A stretch of 64,000 nucleotides of DNA, taken from NCBI RefSeq assembly GCF_963921235.1, contig NC_086097.1:138262001-138326000 (forward strand). The letters are read 5' to 3'. Numbering within the stretch: position 1 is the stretch's first letter; each line of letters starts with the position of its first letter. The stretch comes from Mobula hypostoma. Taxonomy: Eukaryota. Below the pieces are notes generated by a model that was not told the DNA's origin, did not search any database, and saw only the letters and a list, made by a program, of their open reading frames with translations. Shown in pieces: positions 62,110 through 64,000 of the stretch. The position numbers and the translations under genes were made by a program.

Positions 62110-63900
62110 GCACAGTCATTATCCTGGCATTGTTCACAAGTCATCTGGTGCACAGTTGGGATGTTGAAATCTACACTGTGCAGAAATACCAGGCCGCCCT
62201 GTCTCAGTCTCTGCCACAGCTCCAGGCCTCGGTCACCTCCGCCTTCATGGACCTCTCTGTCATTTCATCCTCCGCTGGATCCATGCCTTCAACTGGTGGT
62301 TCTTCCCCTTCCTTGCAACCAGTAAGGACTGTAAGACCGCCTATCTCCAGACCATGGATCCTGCTATCTCCAACTCTGGTTCCAACGGCCTTGGACGCCC
62401 CCAGACCGTGGTCCCTGCTGCCTCAATTTGATCATTTGCCCACAGACCACAGATCTCACTGATTCCAACCCTGGCTCTGATGGCCCTGGGCATTTCTGGA
62501 ACGGTGACACAATTGTCGCCAAGACCAGTTCCAACAACCCCCAGCAGATCCAGACCCCGGATTCCCACCAGAACCTATAGCCCTGGATGCCTTCAGACTG
62601 CAAACTGTATGGCCTCCAGGTACAGCTCCAGCCTGGACCTCGTCTGCCAGCACCTCTAGGCCAAAACTTTCCTCGTTGCCACTGGGTTCCCAAGCTTTCC
62701 TTCCCAACTCCCCAATGCTCCCCAACTCTTCCTCTGCTACAGTGACAAATGCATTGGTACTGCTTCATGCACCCATGCCGAGCTTGTCAATTTCATCAAC
62801 TTTGCCTCTAACTTCCACCCTGCCCTTAAATTCACTTGGTCCATCTCTGACACCACCTTCCCCTTTCTCGATCTCTCTGTCTCCATCTCTGGAGACAAAC
62901 TGTCAACCAAAATTTTTTATAAACTTACTGATTCCCATAGTTATTTTGACTACCTCTTCCCACTGTCTCCTTGTAAAAATGCTATTCACTTTTTTCAGTT
63001 CCTCCACATCTGTTACCAGGATGCAGCTTTCCTTTCCAAAGCATCAGAGATGTCTTCTCTCTTCAAACAATAGGGTTTCCCTTCCTTCACCATACATGCT
63101 GCCCTCATTCACATCTCCTCCATTTCCCCAACATCTGTGCTCACCCCATCCTCCCAACGCCTTAACAGTGATAGAGTTCCTCTTGTCCTTACCTACTACT
63201 CCATGAGCTTACACATTCAACACATCATCCTCCGCAACTTCCACCATCTCCAAAGGGATCCTACTACCAAACATATTTTTACCCCACCACTTTCCACAAG
63301 GATCACTCCCTCTGTAATTCCCTTACCCATTAGTCCCACCCCACTAATCTCCCTCCCGACACTTATCCTGCAAGCAGCCGAAGTGCTACACCTGCCCATT
63401 CACCTCCTCCCTCACCTCCATTCAGGGCCCCAAACAGTACTTTCAGATGAGACAACACTCCACCTGCGAATTTGCTGAGGTCACCTACTGTATCTGGTAA
63501 TCCCGATGCAATAAGATCTGTCGTAAATTTGGGGACCGCTTTGTTGATTACCTCTGCTCCATTCGCCAAAAGTGGAACTTTCTGGTGGCCAAACATTTTA
63601 ACTCCAATTCCCATTCCGATTCTAACATGTTGGTTCATGGCCTCCTCTTCTGCCATGAGGAGGACACCCTCAAGGCAACACCTTATATTCCATCTAAGTA
63701 GCCTCCAACCTGAAGGCATGAATATCAATTTCTCTGTCTGGCTAAAAAAATTCCCCCCCTCCCCCCCCCAGCTCCTCACCTGCCTATCACCTCCCCCGGG
63801 TCTCCCCCCACTTCCCTTTTTCCTATGGTCCACCCTCCTCTGCTATCAGATTCTTCCCTCCACAGTCCTTGACCATTCAAACCCACTTGGCTTCACAGTT
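62110..63900 (+). mobile_element. Degenerate Penelope-like retroelement (RT C-terminal half plus GIY-YIG endonuclease)
   Basis: Remnants CIGTASCTHAELVNFINFASNFHPALKFTWSISDTTFPFLDLSV, YKLTDSHSYFDY, DRVPLVLTY, LQRDPTTKHIF, YPASSRSATPA/CYTCP and HLIFHLSSLQPEGMNINF, with multiple frameshifts. Confidence 0.88.
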
Positions 63901-64000
63901 TCAAAATGGCAAATTTTACTGAGAACATCACAGCCGGAACTGTTCAAAGGACAAATGAAACAATTTTCTTTTGTCTCCCAGTCTCTCATGTGTACATGCA

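Noticed and set aside
56034..64000. EMC2 upstream exon (RYDDAIQLYD...DPTNT-like)
   Set aside because: Searched by eye and not found; it presumably lies beyond the right edge of the window.

Overview
This is vertebrate genomic DNA, not prokaryotic. The repeat mix (CR1, Rex1/Babar, Penelope-like, Tc1, PIF/Harbinger, L1) suggests a cartilaginous fish, probably a ray or skate; that taxon call is an inference. The window lies inside the EMC2/TTC35 gene on the minus strand. Five internal coding exons (55948-56033, 55716-55775, 28403-28484, 23118-23228, 21317-21421) have canonical GT-AG sites and splice in frame. The upstream exons and the canonical terminal exon were not found. The dominant feature is a ~21.5-kb G-rich 31-bp tandem array (about 30790-52259, with a 200-N gap) filling most of one 27-kb EMC2 intron. 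It shows kilobase-scale higher-order duplications, extreme strand asymmetry and a TGCACTC motif in nearly every unit. All long ORFs from 30.6 to 52.4 kb are artefacts of this stop-free repeat. The remainder is intronic DNA with transposon relics, including Penelope-type terminal repeats that carry degenerate hammerhead-ribozyme cores. No clearly new protein-coding system is visible.
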